A DNA stretch of 64,000 bases from Nannocystis bainbridge (GTDB lineage: Bacteria > Myxococcota_A > Polyangia > Nannocystales > Nannocystaceae): NCBI RefSeq assembly GCF_028368995.1, contig NZ_JAQNDL010000002.1, positions 1,280,001-1,344,000 of the forward strand, written 5' to 3'. Positions 1 to 11,298 of this stretch are shown here, one piece after another. Within the stretch, counting starts at the first letter, position 1, and each line of letters opens with the position of its first letter. The translations under genes were made by a program, and so were the position numbers. Below the pieces are notes generated by a model. That model saw nothing but the letters and a program-made list of their open reading frames with translations, was not told the origin of the DNA and ran no database searches.

Positions 1-467
1 ACGCAGGTGCTGCGGTCCTCCCAGTTGACGACCCTGCTCATCACCTCGGCGCCGATGACCGCGGCCGTGCGTGCGCCTCCGCCGGCGATCAGGCTGGCCG
101 CGAGCTCCATGCCGTACAGCCAGCCGGAGCAGCCGGCGCTGACGTCGAAGGCCGCAGGGCCGCGCAGGCCGAGCTTGTGCTGCACCCAGCAGGCGGTCGA
201 CGGGAACAGCGTGTCCGGGGTCGAGGTGGCGACGATGAGGACGTCGATCGCGCCCGGATCGAGGCCCGCGGAGCCGCACGCCGACAACAACGCCTCGGCG
301 GCGAGGTCGGAGGTGGCGACTTCGGGGGCCGCGATTCGACGCTCACGAATTCCGGTCCGCTCGACGATCCACTGGTCGGTGGTGTCGATCATCGTCTCGA
401 GCTCGGCGTTCGTCAGCACTCGCGGCGGCAAGGCGCGCGCAGTGGCGAGGATCTTGAACCGGCGCAT
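1..467 (-). CDS. fabH: 3-oxoacyl-ACP synthase III, 5' part (runs off the window edge)
   Basis: Manual translation from ATG 467 gives MRRFKILATARALPPRVLTNAELETMIDTTDQWIVERTGIRERRIA...IVATSTPD...AAFDVSAGCSG, with the FabH signatures and catalytic Cys. It is missing from the ORF track because there is no stop codon in the window. Confidence 0.92.
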   Translation of the reverse strand, partial: MRRFKILATARALPPRVLTNAELETMIDTTDQWIVERTGIRERRIAAPEVATSDLAAEALLSACGSAGLDPGAIDVLIVATSTPDTLFPSTACWVQHKLGLRGPAAFDVSAGCSGWLYGMELAASLIAGGGARTAAVIGAEVMSRVVNWEDRSTC

Positions 468-629
468 GCGTCACCTGCTAGCTCACCCTGCGACTGCACG
501 GCAATCAAAAGGGATGTGCGGCAGCGCCGGCCGTGGAGCGATGGAGCCAACACACGCGGTTTTGTAGGCAATTGCCGGGAGATGGCTCGGGGCTGGTAGA
601 CTGGCGGGGCCATTTTGCCCCTCGCCCGT

Positions 630-2321
630 ATGCGCTCTTCTCTCTCTGTTTGCGCACTCCTCCTGGCGGCCTCGACCCTGTTCGCCTGCGCCTCGTCGCT
701 CGACAAGGGCCGCGTCGCACGCAACGCCCACGACGACGTCAAGGCCGAGCAGTACCTCCGCAAGTCGATGGCGAGCGATCCCGAGGACCGCGCGGCCGCC
801 CAGAAAGAATTGGCGTCGCTCAAGTTCGCCCAGGCGCAGGCCAAGGCCAAGCAAGATCCCGCGGCCGCCGAGGCGCTGGTGCGCGAGAGCTTGACGCTGG
901 CCCCGGGCGACGAGAAGGCCGTCGATCTCCTCGGCCGCGTCGTCCACGCGCAGGGCCGCCTCGACGAGGCGATCAAGATCCTCGGCGAGGGCGACGGCAA
1001 GTCCTGCGACATGTGCAAGCGCTACCTCTCGGTGCTGCTGCTCGAGCGGGCCGGCAAGCGCGAGGCGGCCAAGGACTTCGAGGGCGCGCGCGCCGACTAC
1101 TCGCGGGCGACGGAGCTCATCCCCGACGCGATGACGGCGCTGGCGGTCGCGCGCAGCAGCGAGCAGCTCGGCGATCTCGAGGGCATGACGCGGGCCATCG
1201 AGATGGCGGTGCCGCTGATCCGCCCCGACGACACCGCGGCGCAGACGGAATTCCTCGGCTTCCGCGAGCGGACCGTGATGGCCGCGGCCGGCCGCGGGGA
1301 CGTCGCCACCTGCGATCGCTGGCTCGCCTTCTTCCCGGCGGGCGCCGGCGGCGACGGTTGGTACGTGTTGCAGCTGCGCGTCGCGCAGGAGCTGTACCGC
1401 CAGAAGAAGATCGACGTCGCCGTCACGCGCGCGCGGACGATGCTCGGTTCGACGCACACCGACACGCTGCCGGCCAACCGCAAGGCCGAGTTCCAGCGCT
1501 TCCTGGCCGACATCTATCGCCTGCAGGGCGTCGGTTATCTGCGCGAGGGCAAGCTCGCCGAGGCCGACGACAACTTCCGCCTGGCGATGGAGTTTTTGCC
1601 GGGCGACGACAAGATCAAGCTGCTGCGGGCGCTGGCGATCGGCGGCAACCACGAGATCGGCAAGGCGATCCAGGTCGTCAACGCGCTGCCGAAGGACACC
1701 AAGGGGCACGCCGAGGTGCTGGCGATCCTCGAGAGCATGCAGGTCGCCGATCGCCTGGCCGACGGCGACGTCGACGGGGCGAAGGCCGCGCTCGCGCGCG
1801 CGCAGGCGGCCAGCGCGGAGACGCCCGAGGTCCACGTGGCGATGGCGGAGATGCTGGTCATCACGCCGGCGGCGGGCGTCAACAAGGGCATCGTCCGTCA
1901 GCTCAAGAAGAGCGGGATCGTCAAGTACCCCAACGACGAGGTCAACCGCTACGGCGAGGCGCTGTCGGAGCTGGCGTGGGCGCGCGAACAAGCGCGCGGG
2001 CTCGGCGAGGGCTACCTGTTTCGCGGGCCCGGGATCGACGCGCGCATGGCCAACCTCGACCGTCAGCTGCGAGCCTTTTACCCGTTCCCGGTCGAGTTCA
2101 ACGCCGACAGCACCGCCATCCTGAAGATCCGCTTCAAGAGCGGCGCGTCCGGCGAGGTCGGGGTCAAGACCGACAGCGGGGAGCAGACGGTGCGGGTCCC
2201 TGCGGGCAGCGAGGGCGCCGAGGTCATCGTGCGCGACCCGGGCCTGACGTACTTCCGCATCAACGGGAAGGTCTCCAGCTTCGTCACCGAGCCCTACACC
2301 CGGGTGACGATCGACCTGTGA
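630..2321 (+). CDS. TPR-like helical-repeat lipoprotein
   Basis: Signal peptide with lipobox LFAC, followed by repeated TPR-like helices (GRLDEAIKIL, GKLAEADDNFRLAMEFLPGD). Codon usage is host-like. Confidence 0.75.
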   Translation: MRSSLSVCALLLAASTLFACASSLDKGRVARNAHDDVKAEQYLRKSMASDPEDRAAAQKELASLKFAQAQAKAKQDPAAAEALVRESLTLAPGDEKAVDLLGRVVHAQGRLDEAIKILGEGDGKSCDMCKRYLSVLLLERAGKREAAKDFEGARADYSRATELIPDAMTALAVARSSEQLGDLEGMTRAIEMAVPLIRPDDTAAQTEFLGFRERTVMAAAGRGDVATCDRWLAFFPAGAGGDGWYVLQLRVAQELYRQKKIDVAVTRARTMLGSTHTDTLPANRKAEFQRFLADIYRLQGVGYLREGKLAEADDNFRLAMEFLPGDDKIKLLRALAIGGNHEIGKAIQVVNALPKDTKGHAEVLAILESMQVADRLADGDVDGAKAALARAQAASAETPEVHVAMAEMLVITPAAGVNKGIVRQLKKSGIVKYPNDEVNRYGEALSELAWAREQARGLGEGYLFRGPGIDARMANLDRQLRAFYPFPVEFNADSTAILKIRFKSGASGEVGVKTDSGEQTVRVPAGSEGAEVIVRDPGLTYFRINGKVSSFVTEPYTRVTIDL

Positions 2322-2393
2322 CGGCGACGCTGCTGAGCTCGCCGGATTTCGATCGCCGCTGCACGACGCGCCGGGCCTGATAGACTCGCGGCG

Positions 2394-3626
2394 ATGCAGC
2401 CCTGTCCCTATCGCAAGATCCGCCCGCTGGGCGAAGGGTCGATGGGGGACGTCCACCTGTGCGTCGACGTGCAGCAGCGGCGCCTGGTGGTGGTCAAGTG
2501 GCTGCGGGCCGAGCTGCACGAGGGCAGCCAGGCGGCGGTGCGGTTCCGCCGCGAGGCCGAGCTGATGGCGGGCGCCAACTTCCCCGGCGTCATCAAGGTC
2601 GAGGAGTGGGGCCTGGACGAGTTCGGTCGCACGTGGATGGCGATGGAGTTCGTCGACGGGCTCATGCCATCGGCCGTGGTCGGGCCCGGTGATTGTTGGT
2701 CGGTGCACCGGCTGCTCGCGGGCGTGGGCCAGGGGCTCGACGACCTCCACGGCCTCGGCGTGGTCCACCGCGACCTCAAGCCGGAGAACGTGCTGCTGCG
2801 GAGCTCGGTCGACGGCTGGGAGCCGGTGATCATCGACCTCGGGATCGCCAAGTGGCTGGCGCAGGAGACGGCGACCGCGAGCGGCTCGGTGTTCGGCACG
2901 CCGCACTACATGAGCCCGGAGCAGTGCCGCGACACCAAGCACGTCGGGCCGGCGACCGACCGCTACGCCGTCGCGGTCATCATCTTCGAGCTGATGGCCG
3001 GGCGCCGGCCGTTCGAGGGCCGCACGATCCCGGAGCTGCTCCGGCAGCACCTCGAGTCGCCCGTGCCCGAGCTGCAGATCCCCAAGCGCGTGCGCTCCGG
3101 GGCGATCCGCGACACCGCGGCCAAGGCGACGTACCCGTCGCCCAACCTCGACGCGTTCATGCGCAAGGCGATGGCCAAGGAGCCGCGGCTGCGGTTCGGC
3201 AGCGGCAAGGAGATGACCGACGAGTTCGAGCGCGCGGCCAAGGCCGACGGGCTGTGGGAGATCCCCGACCCGTCGGACATGACGCCGCTGTTCCCGGCGC
3301 TGACCCACCCGATGGCCGAGATCATCATCGACGGTGAGTCGCGCCAGCGCTTCGACGTGCGTCACGGGCCGCTGGTGCTCGGACGTCACGAGTCGTGCCA
3401 GGTGGTGCTCGGCTCACCGCGGCTGAGCCGCCTGCACGCGTGCGTCTACCTGCACCGCGGTCGGGTGTGGGCCGCCGACCTGCACAGCCAGAACGGGACG
3501 CTGTTCCAGGGCCGCGCGCTGCAACCGGGCGTGCCGATGCCGTTCCCGCCCGGGGGGCAGACGGCCGTGTTCACGCTCTACAACCGCAACATCGCCGTCC
3601 GCCTGTGCACCACCACGGGGGCGTGA
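2394..3626 (+). CDS. Ser/Thr protein kinase with C-terminal FHA domain
   Basis: Kinase motifs GEGSMG, HRDLKPEN, DLG and GTPHYMSPEQ. FHA motifs LGR, SRLHA and DLHSQNGT. Confidence 0.9.
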   Translation: MQPCPYRKIRPLGEGSMGDVHLCVDVQQRRLVVVKWLRAELHEGSQAAVRFRREAELMAGANFPGVIKVEEWGLDEFGRTWMAMEFVDGLMPSAVVGPGDCWSVHRLLAGVGQGLDDLHGLGVVHRDLKPENVLLRSSVDGWEPVIIDLGIAKWLAQETATASGSVFGTPHYMSPEQCRDTKHVGPATDRYAVAVIIFELMAGRRPFEGRTIPELLRQHLESPVPELQIPKRVRSGAIRDTAAKATYPSPNLDAFMRKAMAKEPRLRFGSGKEMTDEFERAAKADGLWEIPDPSDMTPLFPALTHPMAEIIIDGESRQRFDVRHGPLVLGRHESCQVVLGSPRLSRLHACVYLHRGRVWAADLHSQNGTLFQGRALQPGVPMPFPPGGQTAVFTLYNRNIAVRLCTTTGA

Positions 3627-3639
3627 GCCCGGCCGCGTC

Positions 3640-5670
3640 ATGGCGGGCGGGGACGACGCGGCTGCGGGACATGTCCGGAAGGACAGGGCAGTCGAGGATG
3701 CTTCGGGACATGTCCTGAGGGACATGAGTGAAGATGCTCCGGGACATGTCCTGAGGGACAGTGACGAGGATAACTTCGGACATGTCCCGAGAGACAGCCA
3801 TCCCGCGCTCGCGGCGGGACATGATTTGCGGGCCCCGGGTGGCGGGGGGGATGCTTCGGCTCTGGGTCGGCGCGCTGCCGTCTTGCTGTTCGGGCCGGCG
3901 ATCGCGTGGACGCTGGTCGCTGCGGCCGGGCTCGGATGGGCCGGGGCGCGGGCGGACGCCTGGGGGCCCGCGCCGCGCCGCGATGCGCCGGTGGTCGGCT
4001 CCGAGGCGTGTCTGGCGTGCCACCCGACCCAGCACGCCAGCTGGTCGGCGACGTATCACCGGACGATGACGCAGCGCGCCGAAGGCGAGGCCGTGCTGGC
4101 GCCGTTCGCCGGCGAGCACGTCGACCACCTCGGCTTCCGCGCGACGATGACGCGCAGCGCCGCGGGCCGCCCGCACGTGCGCGTGAGGCCGCTCGACGAC
4201 GAGGGGCGCGAGGTCGGCGAGCCGCTGCTCGATGTCGAGGTCGTGATGACGGTGGGCAGCCACCGCTATCAGCAGTACCTGGCGCAGATCGACCGCGGCG
4301 GTGGGCCCGGCGAGGTGTGGCGCCTGCCGGTGGCCTGGCACGTCGCCACGGCGCGGTGGATCCCGATGAACGCGGCGTTCCTCGAGCCGGAGGGCGCGCG
4401 GGGCGACGCCGAGGCGTACCTGCGCCACCTCAGCCGCTGGAACGACAACTGCGTGCTGTGCCACAACACCGAGCCGCGGCCGGGGATGGCGCAAGAGACA
4501 GGTGAGGCGCCGCGCTTCGCCACCACCGTGGGCGAGCTCGGGATCGCGTGCGAGGCCTGCCACGGGCCGGCGGGCGCGCACCTGCAGCGGCACGCCGATC
4601 CGTTCCGGCGGCTGCTGGCCGGCGGGGCAGGGGACGGATCGATCGCGCACCCGGGCCGGCTGGTGACGCGCGACGAGAGCGGGGTGTGCGGGCGCTGCCA
4701 CGGCAACCGGATCAGCGCCGACGTCGCGGCGGTGCTGCGCGAGGGCGACGGGTTCTTGCCCGGGACGGACCTGGCGGCGGTTTCGCGCCCGATCTTCCGC
4801 GACGCGACGGTCGGCGGCGAGGCGCTGTTCGCCGAGCGCTTCTGGCCCGACGGGACGCCGCGCCTGTCGGCCTACGAGTACCAGGGGCTGCTGCTGTCGC
4901 CGTGCCACCAGGGCGGCCGTGAGGGCGGGCTCGGCTGCGACGACTGCCACGCGATGCACGGCGACGAGCCCGACATGCAGGTCCGCGGCGATCGCAAGGG
5001 CGCGCGGGCCTGTACTTCGTGCCATGTCCCCGAGGACATGTCCTCAGGGACACGTCACGGAGGACATGGCCCCACGGTCACGTGCCAGGGCTGCCACACG
5101 CCGCGGATCACCTACGGGCTGCTCGAGGGGATGATCGGCCACCGGATCGCGGTGCCGCGGCCGCAGGCGTGGATCGGGCGCCACGACCAACCGGACGCGT
5201 GCACGCAGTGTCACGTCGACCGCAGCCGCACGTGGGCGGCGGAGGCGCTGCCGCGGCTCGGGTTCCCGGAGGCGGGTCCGCTGCCGCCCGCGGCGCCCGA
5301 CGAGGGGTGGGGCTCGCGGGTGCAGCTCGACCTGGTCGGCGGCGATCCGCTGCAGCGGGTGCTGGCGATCCACGCGCTGACGCGGCCCGAGGTGCCGGTC
5401 GCGGCGTCCGAGCGGCGGGGGTGGATCACCGACGCGCTCGACGACGAGTACCCTGCGGTGCGGTGGTTCGCCTGGCGAGCGCTGGGGGAGCTCGCGGCGC
5501 CGGAGCAGCGCGCGCTGGTGGCGGCCTACGATCCGCACGCGGAGGCCGAGCGTCGGGTACCGGCCGCGGACGCCCTGCGCGCGGCGTTCGGGACCGGGCC
5601 GTTCAGCCCCGAGCAACGTGAGGCGCTCGAGGCTCGGCGCGAGCAGACGGTGCTGTGGATCGGCGAGTGA
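3640..5670 (+). CDS. Multiheme c-type cytochrome with C-terminal HEAT-like repeats (true start uncertain)
   Basis: Eight CXXCH motifs (CLACH, CVLCH, CEACH, CGRCH, CDDCH, CTSCH, CQGCH, CTQCH) plus SPCH, a hydrophobic signal/TM segment, and a HEAT-like LDDEYPAVRWFAWRAL. Confidence 0.88.
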   Translation: MAGGDDAAAGHVRKDRAVEDASGHVLRDMSEDAPGHVLRDSDEDNFGHVPRDSHPALAAGHDLRAPGGGGDASALGRRAAVLLFGPAIAWTLVAAAGLGWAGARADAWGPAPRRDAPVVGSEACLACHPTQHASWSATYHRTMTQRAEGEAVLAPFAGEHVDHLGFRATMTRSAAGRPHVRVRPLDDEGREVGEPLLDVEVVMTVGSHRYQQYLAQIDRGGGPGEVWRLPVAWHVATARWIPMNAAFLEPEGARGDAEAYLRHLSRWNDNCVLCHNTEPRPGMAQETGEAPRFATTVGELGIACEACHGPAGAHLQRHADPFRRLLAGGAGDGSIAHPGRLVTRDESGVCGRCHGNRISADVAAVLREGDGFLPGTDLAAVSRPIFRDATVGGEALFAERFWPDGTPRLSAYEYQGLLLSPCHQGGREGGLGCDDCHAMHGDEPDMQVRGDRKGARACTSCHVPEDMSSGTRHGGHGPTVTCQGCHTPRITYGLLEGMIGHRIAVPRPQAWIGRHDQPDACTQCHVDRSRTWAAEALPRLGFPEAGPLPPAAPDEGWGSRVQLDLVGGDPLQRVLAIHALTRPEVPVAASERRGWITDALDDEYPAVRWFAWRALGELAAPEQRALVAAYDPHAEAERRVPAADALRAAFGTGPFSPEQREALEARREQTVLWIGE

Positions 5671-5773
5671 GGGCCGCTCGTCGCGGGCCCTGGAAGCCCG
5701 CGCTCGCCCTGCAGGCGTCCGGGCCGTGAACTGAAGATTTGGCGGGCGAGCGGCCTGCGGCTAGATTCGCCCC

Positions 5774-6193
5774 GTGCGCGCCGAACGGCACCACCGGCTC
5801 TCGCTCGCCTTGCTGGCGGTCTTCCTCGCCTCGGGGCTGTGGCTCGAGGCGATGATCGGGCTGCGCGCGGCCGGGTGGGTCGACGATCCGCTGCGCCGCG
5901 AGTTCCTCCGCCTCGGCCACGCGCACGGCGGGCTGCTGGCGCTGGTCAACCTGGCGATCGCCTGGTCGCTCGGGCAGCTCGCCACGCCCGAGGCCTGGGC
6001 CGGCAAGATCCGCATCGCCGCGCTGCTCGGTGCCTTGCTCGTCGGCGTCGGCTTCATGGCCGGCGGGCTCACCCACGGACCGACCGACCCGGGGCCGCCG
6101 ATCCTCGTGGTGCCGGCCGGGGCGCTGCTGACTCTGGCCGCGGTGATCGCCACGGCGCTGGTCCGGCCCACCGATCGCCCGCCGGGGAGCTGA
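5774..6193 (+). CDS. Small integral membrane protein (about 4 TM) with GHAHG motif
   Basis: Four hydrophobic segments and a conserved-looking RLGHAHGGLL. Confidence 0.65.
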   Translation: MRAERHHRLSLALLAVFLASGLWLEAMIGLRAAGWVDDPLRREFLRLGHAHGGLLALVNLAIAWSLGQLATPEAWAGKIRIAALLGALLVGVGFMAGGLTHGPTDPGPPILVVPAGALLTLAAVIATALVRPTDRPPGS

Positions 6194-6295
6194 GCGCTCA
6201 GGCGGCGGGCGACCGAAAGCCGACCGCCTGCCTCACGCGTCCTCCCCATCGGGTGTCCGAAGGGGCATGTTCGAGAGGACATGTGCTTTCGACCC

Positions 6296-6328
6296 AACGA
6301 AAACGGCCGGGCTGGTGGGCCCGGCCGT
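6296..6328 (-). terminator. Probable intrinsic terminator of ftsH
   Basis: The minus strand reads ACGGCCGGGC-CCACCA-GCCCGGCCGT followed by TTTCGTT, just after the ftsH stop. Confidence 0.6.
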
Positions 6329-6345
6329 CGTCCTCGCGTCGCCGA

Positions 6346-8265
<1,920 letters not shown>

Positions 8266-8395
8266 GGTGAGAAGGTTCCAGAGCCGTGCCTGGAGCTTTG
8301 CGAGCATAGCGGAAGACGGATCGCCCGGCCAGCCGCGCAGGTCCGGAACGCGCACGCCGGCCGCTCTGCTCGCCGCCTGAGCCCGCGCGTCGGCG

Positions 8396-9424
8396 CTACG
8401 TGGCCGGGATCTGCGCGCCGGGAGCGGCCCCCGCGAGCTTGAGCCCGTGGCGGTCCAGGCGCAGGTGAAGGCCGGGGCGCAGGTGCCAAACATGGGGCCG
8501 GAGCACCGCGCCCGTGCCCCCGAGCGCTGCGGCGCGCGCCATCACGGTGCGGTCGATGTCCTCGATCACGGCCGCTCGCAGCGCGCCGAGGTCGGCGCCC
8601 CCGAGGCCGCAGATCCGGCGCAAGATCCGGGTCCGGACCGCTCGTGGAAGGCGATGCAGATCGTCGGTCGACCACCAGGTGTCCGCGCCGCGCCGCCGCG
8701 CGGCCTCTTCGCGCGCGGCCCAGTCGCGCAGCGCCTCCTCCGCGTCGGCGGCCTGTGTGGCGAGACACACGAGTGCCGCCTCGACGCGGGGGTTGTGAGC
8801 CCGGAGCTCCGGCAGCACGCGCTCGCGCACGCGGATGCGCGGCTGTTCTTCGTCGGTGTTGGTCGGGTCGTCGCACCAGGTCATGCCCATGCGCTCGCAC
8901 AGCGCCCGCGTGCCGGCCCGCGGCAGCTCCAACAGCGGCCGCAGCCACGGCGCTTCCCACGGCCGCATCGCCGCCAGGCCCTCGAGTCCGCAGCCGCGGG
9001 CCGCGTGCATGAGCAAGGTCTCGGCTTGATCGGTGGCGGTGTGACCCAGGGCGATCGCGTCGCAGGCGTGCGCCGTCGCGAACGCAGACAAGGCGGCGCG
9101 CCGGGCCTCGCGGGCCCGCGCGGGCAAGCCCGAACCTGGCGAAAGGGACAGGCGCGTCGAGACGCACGCGAGGCCCCGCTCCGCGGCCGATCGCGCGACC
9201 ACCGCGGCCTCGTCGGCGGACTCGGGGCGCAGGCCGTGGTCGACGTGGGCGACGATCAGCGCGAGCGCCTCGTCGCGGGCGAGGAGGTGGAGCAGGCCGA
9301 CGAGCGCGGTCGAGTCGGCGCCGCCCGAACAGGCGACGAGGAGCCGGTGCGGGGAGCCGGCGGCGCGGAGGCTGCGGCGGACCGGGCCGAGAGCGCTGGC
9401 GATGGTCGGGTGGCGGGGTGGCAC
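8396..9424 (-). CDS. tilS: tRNA(Ile)-lysidine synthetase
   Basis: PP-loop SGGADS, HVDHGLR, GHTATDQAET, RPLL and DPTN motifs; tilS-ftsH synteny. Confidence 0.93.
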   Translation of the reverse strand: MPPRHPTIASALGPVRRSLRAAGSPHRLLVACSGGADSTALVGLLHLLARDEALALIVAHVDHGLRPESADEAAVVARSAAERGLACVSTRLSLSPGSGLPARAREARRAALSAFATAHACDAIALGHTATDQAETLLMHAARGCGLEGLAAMRPWEAPWLRPLLELPRAGTRALCERMGMTWCDDPTNTDEEQPRIRVRERVLPELRAHNPRVEAALVCLATQAADAEEALRDWAAREEAARRRGADTWWSTDDLHRLPRAVRTRILRRICGLGGADLGALRAAVIEDIDRTVMARAAALGGTGAVLRPHVWHLRPGLHLRLDRHGLKLAGAAPGAQIPAT

Positions 9425-9453
9425 GCGCGTGCGGCGATGATACCTTCCCGCCG

Positions 9454-11196
9454 ATGACCTCGCCCGCAGAGCTCCCCGGCGCCGGCCTCGACGTCGCCAG
9501 CGTGCAGAGAGACCCGCTCGTGCTCGAGCAGCGCGACGACCTCCCGGAGTTGATCCCGCAGCTGCCGCCGACCGCGTTCGTGCAGATCGCCCGCGGGCTG
9601 CGCGAGGAGGATCGCCTCGACCTGGTGCTGCCGCACGCGTCGCCCGAACAGCTGACTGCGTTGCTCGACCTCGACGGCTGGGAGCGCGAGCGGATCGCCG
9701 TCGACAAGGCGCGCGGGTGGCTGGTGGCGATCGCCGACGCGTACATCGCGGCCGGCAAGCCCCGCGGAGATCTGCGCACCGTCATCGAGGACATGGATCC
9801 CGAGATGTGGACGATGGCGCTGTTGCCCGGGACGGCGGTCTACGAGCTCGATCCGGAGGACAACGAGCAGCGCGACCAGGCGATGGCGGCCGTCGACGCG
9901 CTGTTCCCCTACGAGACGCCCGACGGCGGCTTCGTCGTCGCGGTGCCCGACAACACGCTCGGGCACATGGTCGTGCACGTGCTCGAGCGGGTCTACGCCG
10001 ACGACCTGCAGACGGGGCGCCAGTTGACGCTGTCGCTGCGCGGGGCGCTGCCGGCCCAGCTCGAGGAGGATCTGCTGCGCTGGCGCAGCGGTCGCCTCGC
10101 CGACCTCGGGTTCGTCGCGTGGGAAGAGGCGATGAAGCTGTTCCGGCCGCTCGACGCCAAGTCGGCGCGCGAGGTCGCGGCGGCGCCGGCGGCCGCGGCT
10201 CCGCGCGAGGGCGAGGCGCTGCCGGCGGCGTTCCCGTCGCCGTCGGCGGGGCTGCTGCGGCGGGTGCTCGGCGGGCTGGTGGCGGGCGAGCAGGGCGTGC
10301 GCGCGCGCGAGTTCACGCTGCTCGTCAACGAGCTGATGTCCGCCCAGCGCAGCGAGCCGGGCGACGCCAAGGCGCAAGAGCGGGCGTTCCATCAGGCCGA
10401 GGCGACGGTGAGCCTGGGCCTCGAGGTGCTGGTGGTCGGGCTGAGCCTGCCGCCGGCCGAGGTCGACCCGTTCCTGGCCGGGCGGATCGCGGCGCTGGGG
10501 CTGCGCGGGGTGTTCCGCGTCGGCTACGGGCCGCTGGCGGCGCTGCGCAAGACGGCGCTGGCGCTGCACCGCGAGGGCCGGGTGTCGCTGACGAAGATCG
10601 GGTCGCTGCTCGATCGGCCGTGGGGACCGGCGATCGAGAGCCTGTCGCGGTGGCTGCCCGAGCTGCCGATCGAGACGGCCAGCGCCGGGGTGCGGCCGAT
10701 CGCCGGCATGCGCGACGTGGCCCGCGCGACCGAGCTGCTGGCGCAGGCCGGGGCGTTGGCGGCGTTGACGTTCGACCCGCGCGGCTACGCGGTCGACCCG
10801 CAGTGGGTCAGCCGCGTCGACGAGCCCGATCGGCTGACGCTCGGCGATCTGCTGCGCACCTCGGCGGTGCGCCGGCAGCTGCCCGGGATGTCCGAAGAGA
10901 CAGCCGCGGCGTTCGCCCCGGTCGACGCCGACGACCTGGCGTGGGCCGCCGATCACCTGCTGGTGAACGGCCGTCTGGCCCCGGTCCTGGCCGCCGACCT
11001 GCGCAAGCGCTGCCTGGCGCTCGGGGTCCCGCAGCACGCGGAGGCGTTCGTGAAGGCGGTCCTGCTGCGACTCGAGGTCGAGCTCGGGGCGCTCGAGCGC
11101 GACGAAGAGGGCACGGTCGACCTGCGGCGCGCGGGCGGGGTGATCACGCCGCAGCGGATCGGCGTGTGGCTCAAGACGGGCCTCAGCGCGAGCTGA
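9454..11196 (+). CDS. Conserved hypothetical protein (DUF6178-like, deltaproteobacterial)
   Basis: Long ORF with host codon bias. The motifs PEQLTALLDLDGW and WRSGRLADLGF recall DUF6178 proteins (from memory, not searched). Confidence 0.6.
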   Translation: MTSPAELPGAGLDVASVQRDPLVLEQRDDLPELIPQLPPTAFVQIARGLREEDRLDLVLPHASPEQLTALLDLDGWERERIAVDKARGWLVAIADAYIAAGKPRGDLRTVIEDMDPEMWTMALLPGTAVYELDPEDNEQRDQAMAAVDALFPYETPDGGFVVAVPDNTLGHMVVHVLERVYADDLQTGRQLTLSLRGALPAQLEEDLLRWRSGRLADLGFVAWEEAMKLFRPLDAKSAREVAAAPAAAAPREGEALPAAFPSPSAGLLRRVLGGLVAGEQGVRAREFTLLVNELMSAQRSEPGDAKAQERAFHQAEATVSLGLEVLVVGLSLPPAEVDPFLAGRIAALGLRGVFRVGYGPLAALRKTALALHREGRVSLTKIGSLLDRPWGPAIESLSRWLPELPIETASAGVRPIAGMRDVARATELLAQAGALAALTFDPRGYAVDPQWVSRVDEPDRLTLGDLLRTSAVRRQLPGMSEETAAAFAPVDADDLAWAADHLLVNGRLAPVLAADLRKRCLALGVPQHAEAFVKAVLLRLEVELGALERDEEGTVDLRRAGGVITPQRIGVWLKTGLSAS

Positions 11197-11224
11197 GGCC
11201 TCGCGCCGCGTGGCCGCGAGGACA

Positions 11225-11294
11225 TGCGCGTTCGGACATGCTCGAACGCGCATGTGCGCACGGACATGTCCGTTCGCGCATGCTCGATCGGCCA
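11225..11294. repeat. Phased array of five 14-bp palindromic units
   Basis: TGCGCGTTCGGACA TGCTCGAACGCGCA TGTGCGCACGGACA TGTCCGTTCGCGCA TGCTCGATCGGCCA, located between convergent genes. Confidence 0.85.
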
Positions 11295-11298
11295 GGTC

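Noticed and set aside
483-3389. Long antisense ORFs (also 6592-8442, 24384-25982 and 32156-35437)
   Set aside because: Antisense shadows of well-supported genes caused by GC3 bias, with no family motifs.
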